Shown here: positions 26,586 through 38,780 of the stretch, one piece after another
Numbering within the stretch: position 1 is the stretch's first letter
Layout of the letters: each line of letters starts with the position of its first letter
Assembly (NCBI GenBank): GCA_013239625.1
Contig: MU056000.1
Coordinates: forward strand, 13,777,175-13,841,174
Origin: Lama guanicoe
Lineage: Eukaryota
Direction of reading: 5' to 3'
Length of the DNA: 64,000 nt
The notes under the pieces: generated by a model
The model's input: only the letters and a program-made list of their open reading frames with translations
Databases searched by the model: none
Told to the model about the DNA's origin: nothing
Program-made: the position numbers and the translations under genes

Positions 26586-28122
26586 AGGATTATTGACAGT
26601 AATCTTGGCCAATGACAAAATGTAAGCTTTCCAAAAATATATCTTAGGAGGCGAAAATCACAGAAGAAATGATTCCATTGAAATAAGGCACAAAAATACA
26701 CATCGCTGGAATTATAAGGAAAAATAAAAGTCAAGATAGTGGCTACCTCTGAGAGAAGAGATAGTGTAATTGGGCAAAAGCTCACAGGGAGCTTTAAATA
26801 TACCATATTATTTCTTTATTTTTCTTTATTCATTACATGTATAGATAATTAGTTATAAAATATATATATATTTCATGACTAAAACTTAAGTCATTATCTA
26901 TTAAATCTGACTCTCATCAATGATCATTTCCGCCCTAGAAGGAAGTCTCTCCCTTGGTCCACAATGGTTAGAAAATCAGTGACTGCACTTGACAATACAC
27001 AGCAACACTCATGCTTTTGGGTATTGGGTCAATTCATAGAGTGAAAAATACATGCATCTGTAACCTCAGGGAGCTCCATTCAAATCTGAGAGCTCTTGGG
27101 GGGAATTACAGGGACTCTATCAATATCATAACACCATGTTATTACACAATAATTAATAGACATTCAAATATAATAGACATTCACATAGCCTCCAGCATTT
27201 GAAAATTCCTAAATAGAATAGATATGAGGCAGCAATATAGAGGAAAACCTGGCCTCTCCTCCAAATTCTGTTTTCCACTTCCTTCTACTCTCAACCCAGG
27301 GATGTCCGGTTTTTAATTTTTATTCATACATTGTTTATGGTGATCAGGCTTCTCTACTGCTGTTTTGCTAGTTCATAATGTTTTGAATTATCTCTGGGTA
27401 TTCATGGCTCAGGGTTAAAATTTTCAACCGTCTTTTCCTGGGAAACCTTACTGTTTTGTGGGATGCAGGAAAAAATACGTTTTACGACAGCTTCATATGG
27501 GATACACCCAATGATTACGAACTGGTAACTTTGTTGTTATCTCTGTGCTTGTTCTAAGATCTTTCTATTGTGAGTTGTGATCTGGATCTAGGAACAACTG
27601 CAAACTGTACGTGCTCAGACTTATGTTCAATTCCTCTTTTAATAATCTGATTTTGATTTCTGAAATTTCTCCCTCCTTCTTATATCAGGGTAGCTTTATT
27701 TTTCCTTCCAGTTTCTACCTGAAAATTCAACCACTGCAGGCTTTCCTAAGGAGAGACTCATACTGAGTACTTTCTCCTATTACTAAGAATTTGATTTTCA
27801 CAAGGTCATACAGAAAGTGCCTGCCATGAGCTATCTGTTCCGATTTTACTAAAGACTTTTCTTGTAGTAATATGGATGATTGAGGTATTTTCACTCCTCA
27901 AAGATTTGGGGGTTTTATGTCTTTTTTTCATGTGACTTGCCAATCTGATCTTTGTCAACCTCTGCATAGTGGTAGGCATATGTTTTTATTTAGGAGTATA
28001 ACTGAGCAGGATGAATTTTTGTCTTCATGCTCTACAATGCTCCCTAAGGATTCTTAGTCCCCCGTTGCCATGAAAATAACTCCAACTCCAAATATATACC
28101 CCTGCTTTAATCTTGGTGTGGT

Positions 28123-28322
28123 TGTTACCGAGAGGAGGGAAATAAGAATTTAAAAAAAAAAGATTTTTATTGAGAGATGGAAAGTGTGATATAAACAAGA
28201 TGTTATTAGCAAAGTAAAAAGGTAGTAAAATACAATGCACTCCTGAGAACTGGGAGCGGTCCGACCCAAGAGAGGAAAAATGGTGCCGCTCCTTTGCTTT
28301 TCTTGTTTTTACTTCCTGGCTT

Positions 28323-28368
<46 letters not shown>

Positions 28369-28761
28369 TGTGTGTGTGTGCGTGTGATTGATTTATGGCA
28401 CAGGTTCTTTGAGTGCTCAAGCTGATTGACAGCTCAGGTTCCTTGTGCTCAGGCACACCCATCCCTTTTGTGCAGGTTCTTACCCATGATGCACACAGAG
28501 AAACCTAAAGGAGGGGCTCAAACTGCAATGTTAATTACATTATAATGAGCACAGGGCCAAGTTAAGTTGGGTCCTTCTCTCTGTTGCGCAGCCACAGCGT
28601 TCGATCCTAGCCGGCTTCTTTGCTGGCCCTCATTTAGAGAAAGTGAAAGTTTTTGGAGCCCCTTAGCCTGAGAGCAGGTGCACTGTTATTTTCTGGGTTG
28701 CTCCTTTTCCCTTCGTCTCCCCCTGCCCGGTCGGTGCTCATTTCTATCTAACTGCCAAACA
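28123..28761 (-). mobile_element. ERV1-type solo LTR containing a (GT)n microsatellite
   Basis: TG...CA termini (tgttaccg...gccaaaca). Minus-strand AATAAA at ~28166-28171. Homologous to window positions 1-90. Confidence 0.75.
28326..28380. repeat. Interrupted (GT)n microsatellite
   Basis: Direct reading. Confidence 0.95.
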
Positions 28762-31700
28762 CGATCACTAGCACTTTATAAAATAATCCCTCGTTTACTT
28801 TTCTTTCTGTGCTGTCAGGGTCTGTTCTGTTGTAACTTTATCAGGAACTTCCTTTTGGACATTAAAATTTCAATTTTTAAATTTTTTCTTCAAGAAATTA
28901 GGTGCAACCTGGCTCGGTCGCTGGTTGGTCCTCTTTAAAACACCACTGGCAAAAAGCAGTGATGAAACGTGCCAGGGAGTAACACTCAAGAACTGTCCAA
29001 GTCCACCAGCACTGATGTTTGTGTATTTTGCTTTTTTTGTGGGGGTGGAGAGGGGACTTGTTCAATGGTCTTTTTTGTGTAAAGGCTGAATGAAGATTTG
29101 AGAGAACGGTCCTTTGACGGAAACATAAGTAGCTACTGAAGTAGACTTCAGAGGGATTCATGAAGAGTCTTAGACGTCAAATTTGTTGGTTGAAAGAAAA
29201 TAAGATTTGGGAAAGGAAAAGGTGTGTAATTCTGTTATTTTACTTATTCAGTGATTTCTACCTTGTCAGTGAACAAGAAGATTACACTGACATTTAACAG
29301 AAAGGAGCTGGTGTGTGGTCAGAATAGAGAGGAAAGTAAAAATTTTCTCATAATATATTCTTATTTCCAATAAGATCTGTCTTAATAGTCTAAATTACTG
29401 TGTGCTAATAAAATTTACTGATGCTACTTCCTCAAAAGGAAAAAAAAAATTCATTTTCCTGTATGTGGACTATGAAGTTTTATTGTCTGGCAGGTGAAGG
29501 ATTAGCATCTAAAGAAATCATTTTTACTTGATTCAATACCTCCTAAATTGGAACATTCTTCTTTGATTGAATTGGAGAATAGATTATATTCTATATTGGA
29601 GATGTAATTCTATCACAATTAATAATATATTAATAAAAATCAACACTGGTGTTTATATGTTATGGGTAGAATGGAGGGAAAAATTGAACTTGAAGGAAAG
29701 GCCAGGTTTTCTTCTAGATCCTGCATCAAATATATTCTATTTAAGAATTTCTAAGCACTAGATGATATTTGAGAGTTTATTATATTTTGGGTGTTTATTA
29801 ATTATTGCATAATAACCTGGTGTTGTTATCCATGACAAAGTCCCTGTAATTCCCACCGAACAACTTTCAAATATTATAAAAGTGTGTTTCCTTAATCATG
29901 AAAAATATACTTCATGCCTATGCTAATGAGTTCTGTTTCTCTTGAATTTTTAGTTTTCACGAAACTCCAATATTCTTGCTCTAAACATTTCAATTACATT
30001 TCTTCCAAAAAATCACAGAAACTATTTTTCTTATTTTTAAAATAATGATATCAACAAAAGAACCTGATTTTTATTTTTAAAAAAATTCTGAAACACAGAA
30101 GTGAAAAGAATGTATAATTCATAGTGCAATTCTAATTTATTCATTTAATCTTATATTTAGATTCTTATGTACTAAATTTATTAAAGGAAATCCAAGACAC
30201 ATAGTGAAATAGAGATTGTAATTTCCTGTGTCCTCTGCAAGGTGAAAAGAAGGATCGAAAATGCTAATACTAGAATGATTCTTTCACTGGCCTTTTTTGT
30301 AAAGGGTACATCACCATGCTTAGTTTATGCTACAACTTTGCGAAGCCTTCATACCTGTAATGTACAGTGCAAGTCACAACTTACTGAGGCGAGAGTTTGG
30401 GGAAGGTTGAGGGAGCAAGAAACCATCATAATAATACTGCTCAATTTACCAAGAATTTGACTCACTCATTTCTGCGTTTCACACACAAGATTACATCTGG
30501 TATTCAGAACAATTTCGTGAGGCAAATACCAAGATGGTATGATTTCTATTTTAAATTGAAGAGGAATTTAAGCAGTGTTTAAATTGACATTTACCTTATA
30601 CAAGTAGTTATAATCATGGATTCCTGACATGGTCTCAATCCTGGGTTTCAAATCCTAAGGGATTTTTTTTTCCTCGTGTTAATCTAAGTATAGATATTTT
30701 CTGTTAATATTTTCCATTTTCAAATTTTAATTCAAGACACTGATTAGGAATTAAGAAAGCTGATTTTGTTTGACCTGATTTTTTCAAAGACTATTTGTCC
30801 AGTAAGTCCTTTTACTCTCCTGTATTCCTCATTCTCTCAGACTGAAACAGACAGCTAAGGAGGGCAGGGCAGCTAACTGAAGACTGCAATGAAAGGAAAG
30901 GACAAAAAGCTGGTAAGAGGCAGTGAAGGGGCATTTATCTTCCTATACTTTGGAAAACATATTCAGAGTAGACTTTAGTGAAATACAAATTAAAGGAGGC
31001 TTAAGCACAGCACTGCATTTCAACCTACACTAGAAGATATGCTTAAAAGAACATTTTAATGAAGTGTCTTATTGATATGCTAACTTCCATTTATTATTAC
31101 TGTGGGATCAATGAGAAATTCTGTGCAACTGAAGAAAGAAAACATCCCTTAGGTGATGAAATCTGGAAAACTTGCTCAGTGTTAGATTTTCTGAAAAACC
31201 ACTTTCTAATTTTCCTTTTAGATAAAAGAAAGGGTATCAAAATACACTGATATTTAAAAACAAATTATAATTATACTTTAAACTTATAAAACATGATATT
31301 AAAAATGCTTAGAAAGGAGTAAAGCACTATTTTAATTCCATTTTTAATTTCAGTGGCTTATGAAATGGATCATCTAAGCCATTTGCAAAATTTCACATGA
31401 ATAAAAATGACATTCTCCTCCAGCTATTTTTGGAAGAATGAAGCCAGTATGACTTGCTGGAGACTGGAAATGCACCGTGTGGCAAGAGCTAAAAAACCAA
31501 ACCACATCATGGCAGGAAACCTCAAGCTCATGAGAAAGTGACTGTCATGGAATATTTTTCTGAATGCAAGTTTATTACTTTTCCATGAAGAAGATCATGA
31601 TTAGTGACACAGGGAGAGAAAATGTGATGAAAGTATACACCTTGAAAACAACATGATAACTACTTTCTATTTCTAGAAATCATTTTCTCGCATTTGTTCT

Positions 31701-34700
31701 GAAAAACACATGAAATATAGAAATTGCTCAAACATAGCTTTGCAAGGGTTGTTTAAAAAAAGTAAGTAAATGTGAAAGAAGAAAAAGTGAGAGACAGAAG
31801 ATTTAAAAGTAGGGATTTCCAAGTCTAAGAAACTCACCTCTAACTATGATATTAAATAAATCATTGGAACTTCATGTTATATGATAGTTACTTTTGGAAA
31901 ATAAATTTTTATATAACACTATGTGATATCTTTTGTTTGAGGTATTAAAAATAACTGATACAGTTTAAATAAGGCATCAATTTGGTCTTTGGTATTTACA
32001 TATTATTACCTTCTAGGCCAAAAAAAAAAAGTGTTTTATAACTCAAACAATGATTATAGTGGATAGACATATTTATCCAGTGAAGAATAAATTTATATGA
32101 ACAAATACTGCTCTTAAAAGTATCTCCTTTGCCCTCATTATAATGCATTTTTACTAGGATGAGTAAATTGGTCAAAGTAAATGACCCCCACAATCAAAAC
32201 CCTGAAATATAAGTTGCCTATCACTTTTTATTTCTTTTGACCTTCTCAAGATCTGCTCCTAAATGGGTAATTATCTTTTGGAAATAATTCAAGTAGTCTA
32301 ATAGTCCTCCTGTAGGTACGTAGAACTCTGTGATCTTTAAGATACCTTTACTGAATGATAAATAGACATTACTGAAAGACTAAGTTTCCTAAAAGAGAAA
32401 TCTACCCGTGGTCCCTATTCTGTTTAGAGGAAAAATAAACTCAGTGACATTGGTGAATAAGTTCCACTGAATCATCTGAAATCTAAATCCACTTTCTCTT
32501 AATGTCTTACATCATTTTTATTTCCCTACATGAATCCTCTACTCCACATAGAACCTTTGGACCATTGTTTGAACGGCTCCTTCTACTTCTGCCTGCCTCT
32601 GCACTTGCAGCATCTCACATGTCCTCTAGAGGACCTCACAACTGCACACAACTAACGTAGGTTTAATGTGACCCTTCCACCTTTTCTCGTGTTGTATCTG
32701 AGACTATTTTAGAACAGTTGCCACTTTTTGCTTTATATTATATTGTCTATAGCTTTTCACATGGAAGTCTTAACTCTCAAGTGGACTTCTTTCTTTTTCC
32801 TTTCTTCACAGTGCTTGGGATAGTATCTTACAGGTAATGCATTTAGAAGAGCTTACTCAATAAATAAGTGTTAGACAGTATGAATACCTGTTGGGAACTC
32901 AGGCATTTGAAATGGCACTTTGAAAATGGCAGTAAATGCTTTCAAGTAAGAATTTGATGCATTTTGACATAAGAAAAATTGCCTTGATAAAATCATTAAG
33001 GTGGCACTAAGATGGCCCATTTCTCTATTTTGAAAGCCAATATTGCTGGACAGTAAGACAACACCATCCAATGAACCCCCTTTCACTTATAAATGGCACC
33101 TATGTTTCTCACAGAATGTAATTTCAAGAGCTTTGAATGTCTATTTTCTCCACCCACTTACACCTAAGTCTTTAAAAACAAATCAGTATTAAAATAGATT
33201 TGATGTTTCTATAACGTTGAAGGGCAAAAATCCTTCATTCCCATAGACTCAGCAAAGTGGATAAATGTAATCATTCCTTACTTGCCTAAAAGCAATTTTT
33301 TGCATCAGTGCTTCAAATAAGAATATGTTCTGCTTTTCTTTGATCTCTTATTTCATAAAAATAAGCAAAAAAAAACCTCAAAACAATACAAAACACAACC
33401 CCTTCACTACATCTTTTATTGGTATAAGGAAAAGAAAGAACATGTCTTTTGACATATTAAAAACTGTCGCTACTAATATTTTTGTTTTAAAATGATATAT
33501 TTGGAATCTTTGAAAAAAGTTCTATTCTAGTTTTATCTTCAGATGATTGTGGGCTACTTTTGACTGCAAGGTTTTTAATCCTGTATTATAATAAGATTTA
33601 CCTTCTGCAGATGAGGTAGAAAATAAAAATTGAAGTGGTTTTGTTTCTTTCAGCTAATATTTAATTTGCCTTTAACCCTAAAGGATTAAAAAAAAAGAGA
33701 GAGAGAGAGAGAATTTAAATTTGAGTCATATATCTCCCGAGAACCCTTCCGAGATTTGTTCTATTCTTGAAATTGAAAGCCAAATAAATTAATTGAATGT
33801 TACCATACCTTGAAGCTAAGTACAATTTGAGTTTGAAAAATGGGACTCCTGCTTCCTTCCGGAACAGTCAGTTGTAGAGTTCTGCTTTGTTGAACAGCTG
33901 ATCAAGCACTGTCCACACTAAAAAGCAGGTGAAGACTTAACCCCAAAGTATTGGATCTATGCATGTTCCAGTACCTATGACCATGCTCGGTTAACTGGCA
34001 CTTCTTAATGGCTGTTGACATGGATGAGTCTACCTCAGTTTCTGTGTGTTTTCCTGTTTATTCAGCTAAACTGAAAAGACAACAAATCAAAGTTATGGAT
34101 GCAGGTCTGTGTGAAAAAATAAAACAATGATTAATCATTTATTTAAGCTTTCAGCACTGCTGAAAATGGTGGACTGAGTACATCGCCCTTCCTCTACTCA
34201 GACTTCTGACTATACTGCGGCACACTAAGAGTTTAAGTCGGAGCACCTCTTAGCATGTAATAGCCACACTGTGTCTATTAAATCATCATTTATGAAATTT
34301 TGATTTATTAGTATATGATCATTTTATCTGCTCTGTGAAACTACATCTGTGTATCTGCTTCGATCAGCGATAGCACTGAAGGTTAGGATGAATCTGAATC
34401 CAAAACAAAAGCCAAGAAAACGTTCATCAACTTCTAGCTGAATCTTCCATATGCTGGATACTAAAATTTTGTATGCATCACATATTTGGATCATATCAAT
34501 GTCTAAGTCACTATTTCGTATATTCTTTTACTCTCCAAATACTCTTCAAGAAGATACATGTGTGTGCATATGATGTGTATGGGTGTGTGGTTACATGAAT
34601 ATGATTTCTTTCAGAATCTTTCCCTTCTACCAGGTTCTGGGAAAGTCACAACTTAACTTTATAGAGCCTTATCTTAGGGATAATTTCCTCTTCAAATCTG

Positions 34701-34992
34701 TGTATGTACAGATTTGTCCTAGAAAGAATTTGCAATGATAGGCCTTGAGTAGTTTCTGCAAGACCTATGTTTGCACAAAGGATATTTGGAATGTATAAAG
34801 CCTAATAGGAAACACATTGTAAAAAATGTATAACTGTTTGTATTTCTTCTTTTTTGGTAGCCACCACGTTGTATGGGGTTCTTTTGCAGAAAATACTTTA
34901 ATTGGAATAAGTAAATTGATTTCAAAGCTATATTTTATTTAGATCTATAAATATCAACCAAGGCTTACAACATGTGCCGAGACACACTAGTG

Positions 34993-35055
34993 ATTCCGTA
35001 AGGAATCACACATATTCCATATGGAACCACACGTATTCCATACGGAATCACATAT
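34993..35055. repeat. 3 x 21-bp tandem repeat with internal TTCC-N4-GGAA palindrome
   Basis: Units attccgtaaggaatcacacat / attccatatggaaccacacgt / attccatacggaatcacatat. Confidence 0.85.
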
Positions 35056-36569
35056 CCCATAGCTGATTATCCATGGCCAGAAAGTGCTCAGAGTATGTGC
35101 AAACTCTGCACACTAAACTCTTTGAGAATTACCTTAAATTTAACACTGATAAGCTGAAGCTTTTAAAGCAAAGTATTGAGTGTTAAATGACTTTGGTCCA
35201 TTTACAGAGCATTTATATATCATTTTTTTTTTGACTCGAAGTAGAGCAATAAAAAATATGAGACCCAATCCATCCATATATTAATGATATAATTGCTTAG
35301 TTTTGGAGTTTATATAAAAATAATATTTGGAATGTTTTCATTAACAAAACTCTAAAACAAATCGACACAGGAACATATAATTTCAATACTACAGAAGCTC
35401 CAATTTGCCTCTATATTCGATTTAATATCAGGGGCTTAGAAGCATTAATTAATTAATGTGTAATTAAAATTGGAAGGATCTGAGGTGCTTTTTCAGCAAA
35501 ATCAGGGAAATATTTTCTTACTCAAAACCATGTAGAAGACCTTGGCTTTTAACATATGCACACATTCTCACACAGTCTCATCTTTCAAGCCTTTATCTGT
35601 GAAGTTGCCAGATGAATACTAAAAAAAAAATAAAAAAGAAAAAAAAGAAAGCAAAACAAAACAAAATTGTGAATAGTTTATCAAAAATGTAAATCCAAAA
35701 GCCTAAAGGACTTCCAAAACCTTGTTTTCCTGGTCCATTTTGCATAGGAAATTCAAAACACCTATATCCACATTTGCTCTTCACAGGTGTACCCTTCTTT
35801 TAGGGTGAATGTAGTCCAGCATTAGAATAATCAGAGTGTGTACCTCCAGAGGTTATTCCCCAAAGCCCCTGAGTGTCTGATTTGATTTAGCTTTATACTG
35901 GAAAGCATACCATTATGATATTTTTAAAAAATGATAAAGCATCATCTGGAAAGCTAAATGTAAAAACGTAAATTACATTTTATTCCTCAGGCTGAAAACA
36001 CAGATTGAGAAATATTCAAATTAGATTTACTTACTTCCCATGCCTCAAAACTGAAAAATAATAGCACAGGGCAGTTCCAAACAGAGGCAAAATTCAAAAT
36101 TTTGCACATCAGTAGAGTCAGACAGAAAAATATCATATAACTTTTGAGGACTCTGGATTATAGTAAATGTAAAGAGCAATGGAAAAACTTCCCCTTGAAA
36201 TAAATCTTAATTTGAGGGTTCCAAAATTCCTATGTGTCTGAAATACATAAACATGGTCATTTTTAAAGAATAGGATCATTATGCTATGAATTTTTATTTC
36301 AAGACCAATATCAGTAACAGCAACTATTATTGAAAAACAGTTTAGGGGAAAACCCCCAAGAAATTCAGAGAAAATCAGCTTATCTGGAAAAATATGGAGT
36401 TAAACTTTCATATTATATGTTTAGTTAGTGGTTGCTTGACTGTTGATGGTTTCATGAAATTCTCCCTTTATAATATACTTTACTCAAAATGTATGTCACT
36501 ATGTATCTATAAGCAAATAGAATGAGAAAATTAGATAGTGTTTGTGCATCTTTACATAATAGAACACTT

Positions 36570-36700
36570 TGCAGTTGGCAGAACATTTTTACAGGTGATT
36601 ATTGATGTTCACGTAACCCTGTAAGGTAGGCAGGGAAGTCTTTGCCATCTCTGTTTTGCGGTTTGGGACCCTGAAGCTCAGTGGCTTTAGGAGATGTATA
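36570..36700 (-). mobile_element. MIR SINE fragment
   Basis: tcacgtaaccctgtaaggtagg...ccatctctgttttgc...cctgaagctcag. Confidence 0.55.
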
Positions 36701-37624
36701 TGAGAATAGTTAAATATGAACCTCCTATTATTTTGCTCCTAGTCCTACATGATTTTTGGTGGATCCCAAACACAAAGGGCTAATCAGTCAGTGAGATGGG
36801 GCAAGCCTGAGCCTCTGTGAAGAAGGACCTTAAGTCTATGAAGTTTATGTAAATAGGATATTCTTTTCAGACTACACAGTTATCCTGTGAGTTACATTCT
36901 TTTGGTGACTGTCAGGTTAAACATAAGCAAATGAGACTGAAGTCTAAACCAATCAGCAAAATTTTTGACAATTTTGGGTACAGGGACATTCAGAACTGCT
37001 GGTATAAATGTACTAAAACATATGAAAAAAAAAAGAATAGAGTTACTCAACGTTTTGTAAAGGATATGGTCTGTAGCTATCTTCTTAAAATTAAATCTTT
37101 CCCTGACATATCAGATGATCTGAGTATATCTTAAAACATTCATTTCATCCATTTAAAAACAGGAGGTTCTCCTGTTAAAATAAAAGGGGGCAGGCAGGAC
37201 AGAGACAGTAATCTCTGTGCTTGAGAGCCGTGCACGGCTGGTGCACATAAGTTGCATACATCATAGTGCAAGCAGCAAATCCCCATGTTCCATCAATTTC
37301 GTATGGAGAAAAGAAGTGGGGAGGGCAAAGAAAAAAGCACATCCAAGTCTGTGACAGGGTGGCCTGGTTTATGGGAAATACCTTAAGCCGTTTCAACACG
37401 AGACAAAGCGAATGAGGTGTGTCACAATAACACGGTGTGGGTCTCAAGAGTCCACCCAGAAAAGCGGAAAAAGGGGTCGTGATTACCTTCGCAAGTTTCA
37501 TTTGCAGTGTACCACCCGCTAGACATCAGAGCCAGAAGTGCTTTCGAACATTTTTGTTTAGTTTTGCTTTTGAAAAGAATTCACAAAATATTGAAACAAA
37601 TATCATTGTTTGGCTTAATTCAGG

Positions 37625-37903
37625 TATTCTTCATTAAACAGTACACAGACTTTATTGAGCAATTGAAAATATACACAAGGAACAATAGCTTTTCTTTCTT
37701 TTTTTTTTTTTAATTTGACTTTCTTCCGATTAAATAACCCAGTTTCGTTCATGAAAAGGGCACTTGTTTCTTCCGTAGCTGTGCTCAGCTTGCTCAGTTC
37801 CAAGTACTGTTCCCAAGCATCTCGCTTGCCATTGCTGAGGTTTTTAATCTCCACTTGATCGGGAAGCAAATTCTAGAAGGCTGCAAGAACTGCCCCCCCA
37901 ACC
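37625..37903 (-). other. CDH18: CDH18 proximal 3' UTR (3' end approximate)
   Basis: Runs from the TAG stop to the expected cleavage zone ~15-30 nt past the AATAAA at 37656-37651. Confidence 0.65.
37651..37656 (-). terminator. Polyadenylation signal AATAAA (proximal CDH18 site)
   Basis: The minus strand reads ...ccttgTGTAtattttcaattgctcAATAAAgtctgtgtactg..., with an upstream UGUA (CFIm-type) element and a downstream U/GU-rich stretch (atatttgtttcaatattttgtgaattcttttc). Confidence 0.7.
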
Positions 37904-38394
37904 CTAAGTTGTTCTTTCAGATTCTGTTTCTCCATAGAGTTCCGCTAGCTTCTTAAACTCGGGTCCCCAGTCTCCAAGGTACTGGTAATCCTGGTCTGAC
38001 TGCGTGGTCGCTGAGTCCAGCGAGCTGATGGACCCCGCTTCCGAGCGCTGGCCCTCGTAGGCGTAAGTCTGAAGAGAGTCGTAGGGGGGGACGCTGGGGT
38101 CCAGGTCGGCTTCCGCCAGTCTCTGCTTAATAAATTCCTGAACATCTATGCTCTCCAGGGTGGACAATGCCTGGTGCCTGGGGGCGAGTTTCACTTCGGG
38201 TCTGATGTCTCTGCGGTACTTGAGCTCCTCGGCGGCAGACGGGTTCCTCAGCGCCGTGATGTCAAAGGCCTCCGTGTCCTCCTCGCCGCCCCCCTCGTCG
38301 TCGTAGGTGACCACGTTCTCCCGCACGTCCTCCTCGGAAATGATCAGGGGCTCTTTCTTGCTGCGTCGCAGGGTGATAAAAAGTACTACGATCG
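37904..38394 (-). CDS. CDH18: Cadherin-18 terminal coding exon (end of TM helix plus cytoplasmic domain)
   Basis: Translates to (A)[44 protein letters not shown]...[13 protein letters not shown]...[25 protein letters not shown]. This contains the p120-binding [10 protein letters not shown] core and the beta-catenin-binding region. The ...LAELYGExESERTT end matches CDH18 as I recall it. The acceptor is a long pyrimidine tract ending ccttAG (AG at 38396-38395), phase 1. The TAG stop is at 37906-37904. Confidence 0.96.
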
Positions 38395-38560
38395 CTAAGG
38401 AAAAGAAGGAGGAGGAGGAAGGGTTAGAGAAAGAAGAAGGAAATTCCGGGCGACATGACATCAGCAGTTCCCAACCACGGTCATCAACTGCTCCCCTTTC
38501 AGGCTTACGCGGTAACGCGGCCCTGCTCCCTGCCCTTGCTGCACACCACTGCGGGCCTTT
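37940..38560. promoter_or_regulatory. Intragenic 3' CpG island over the CDH18 terminal exon and adjacent intron
   Basis: Manual count gives about 36 CpGs in the 491-nt coding part and about 8 more to 38560. The 252-nt penultimate exon has about 7, and the flanks are strongly CpG-depleted. Confidence 0.7.
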
Positions 38561-38756
38561 TTAGCATCCCAAAGAATGTGGAAAACAATTCTCTCTACAA
38601 AACAACACTGGGGACTGCTGATCTTCTGGGGAACGCCATGATATTTTCATGTGCCAGGCAGTGCCTTCAGGATCCGTGGCTCAGGTTGTTGTGTTTACAC
38701 GGAGCGGAAAAGATGCTGCAAAAGCAGAATGAAATCTTGACTGGAAAACAATGGAA

Positions 38757-38780
38757 TGTGTGTGTGTGTGTGTGTGTGTG
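38757..38780. repeat. (TG)12 microsatellite
   Basis: Direct reading. Confidence 0.95.

Noticed and set aside
90..28123. Possible full-length provirus between two related LTRs
   Set aside because: 28 kb is far too long. There are no gag/pol/env remnants, and the interval contains much older repeats (MIR, L2, MER3).
28025..28462. 145-aa ORF with an HT repeat (and similar CV/YI-repeat ORFs at 38.7-40.1 kb)
   Set aside because: These are translations of dinucleotide microsatellites or LTR sequence.
18674..33906. Identical 14-mer GAACAGCTGATCAA at ~18674 and ~33893
   Set aside because: Several 14-mer matches are expected by chance in 64 kb, and the flanks do not align.
34993..35055. CRISPR-like palindromic repeats
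   Set aside because: The units are directly tandem with no unique spacers, there are no cas genes, and the context is mammalian.
37699..37711. A-tract on the minus strand in the 3' UTR resembling a poly(A) tail
   Set aside because: It is genomically encoded and lies upstream of the AATAAA. It is only a potential oligo-dT internal-priming artefact.
38395..38461. N-terminal '[22 protein letters not shown]' of the 185-aa ORF
   Set aside because: This is translated branch point and polypyrimidine tract. The real exon starts at 38394.
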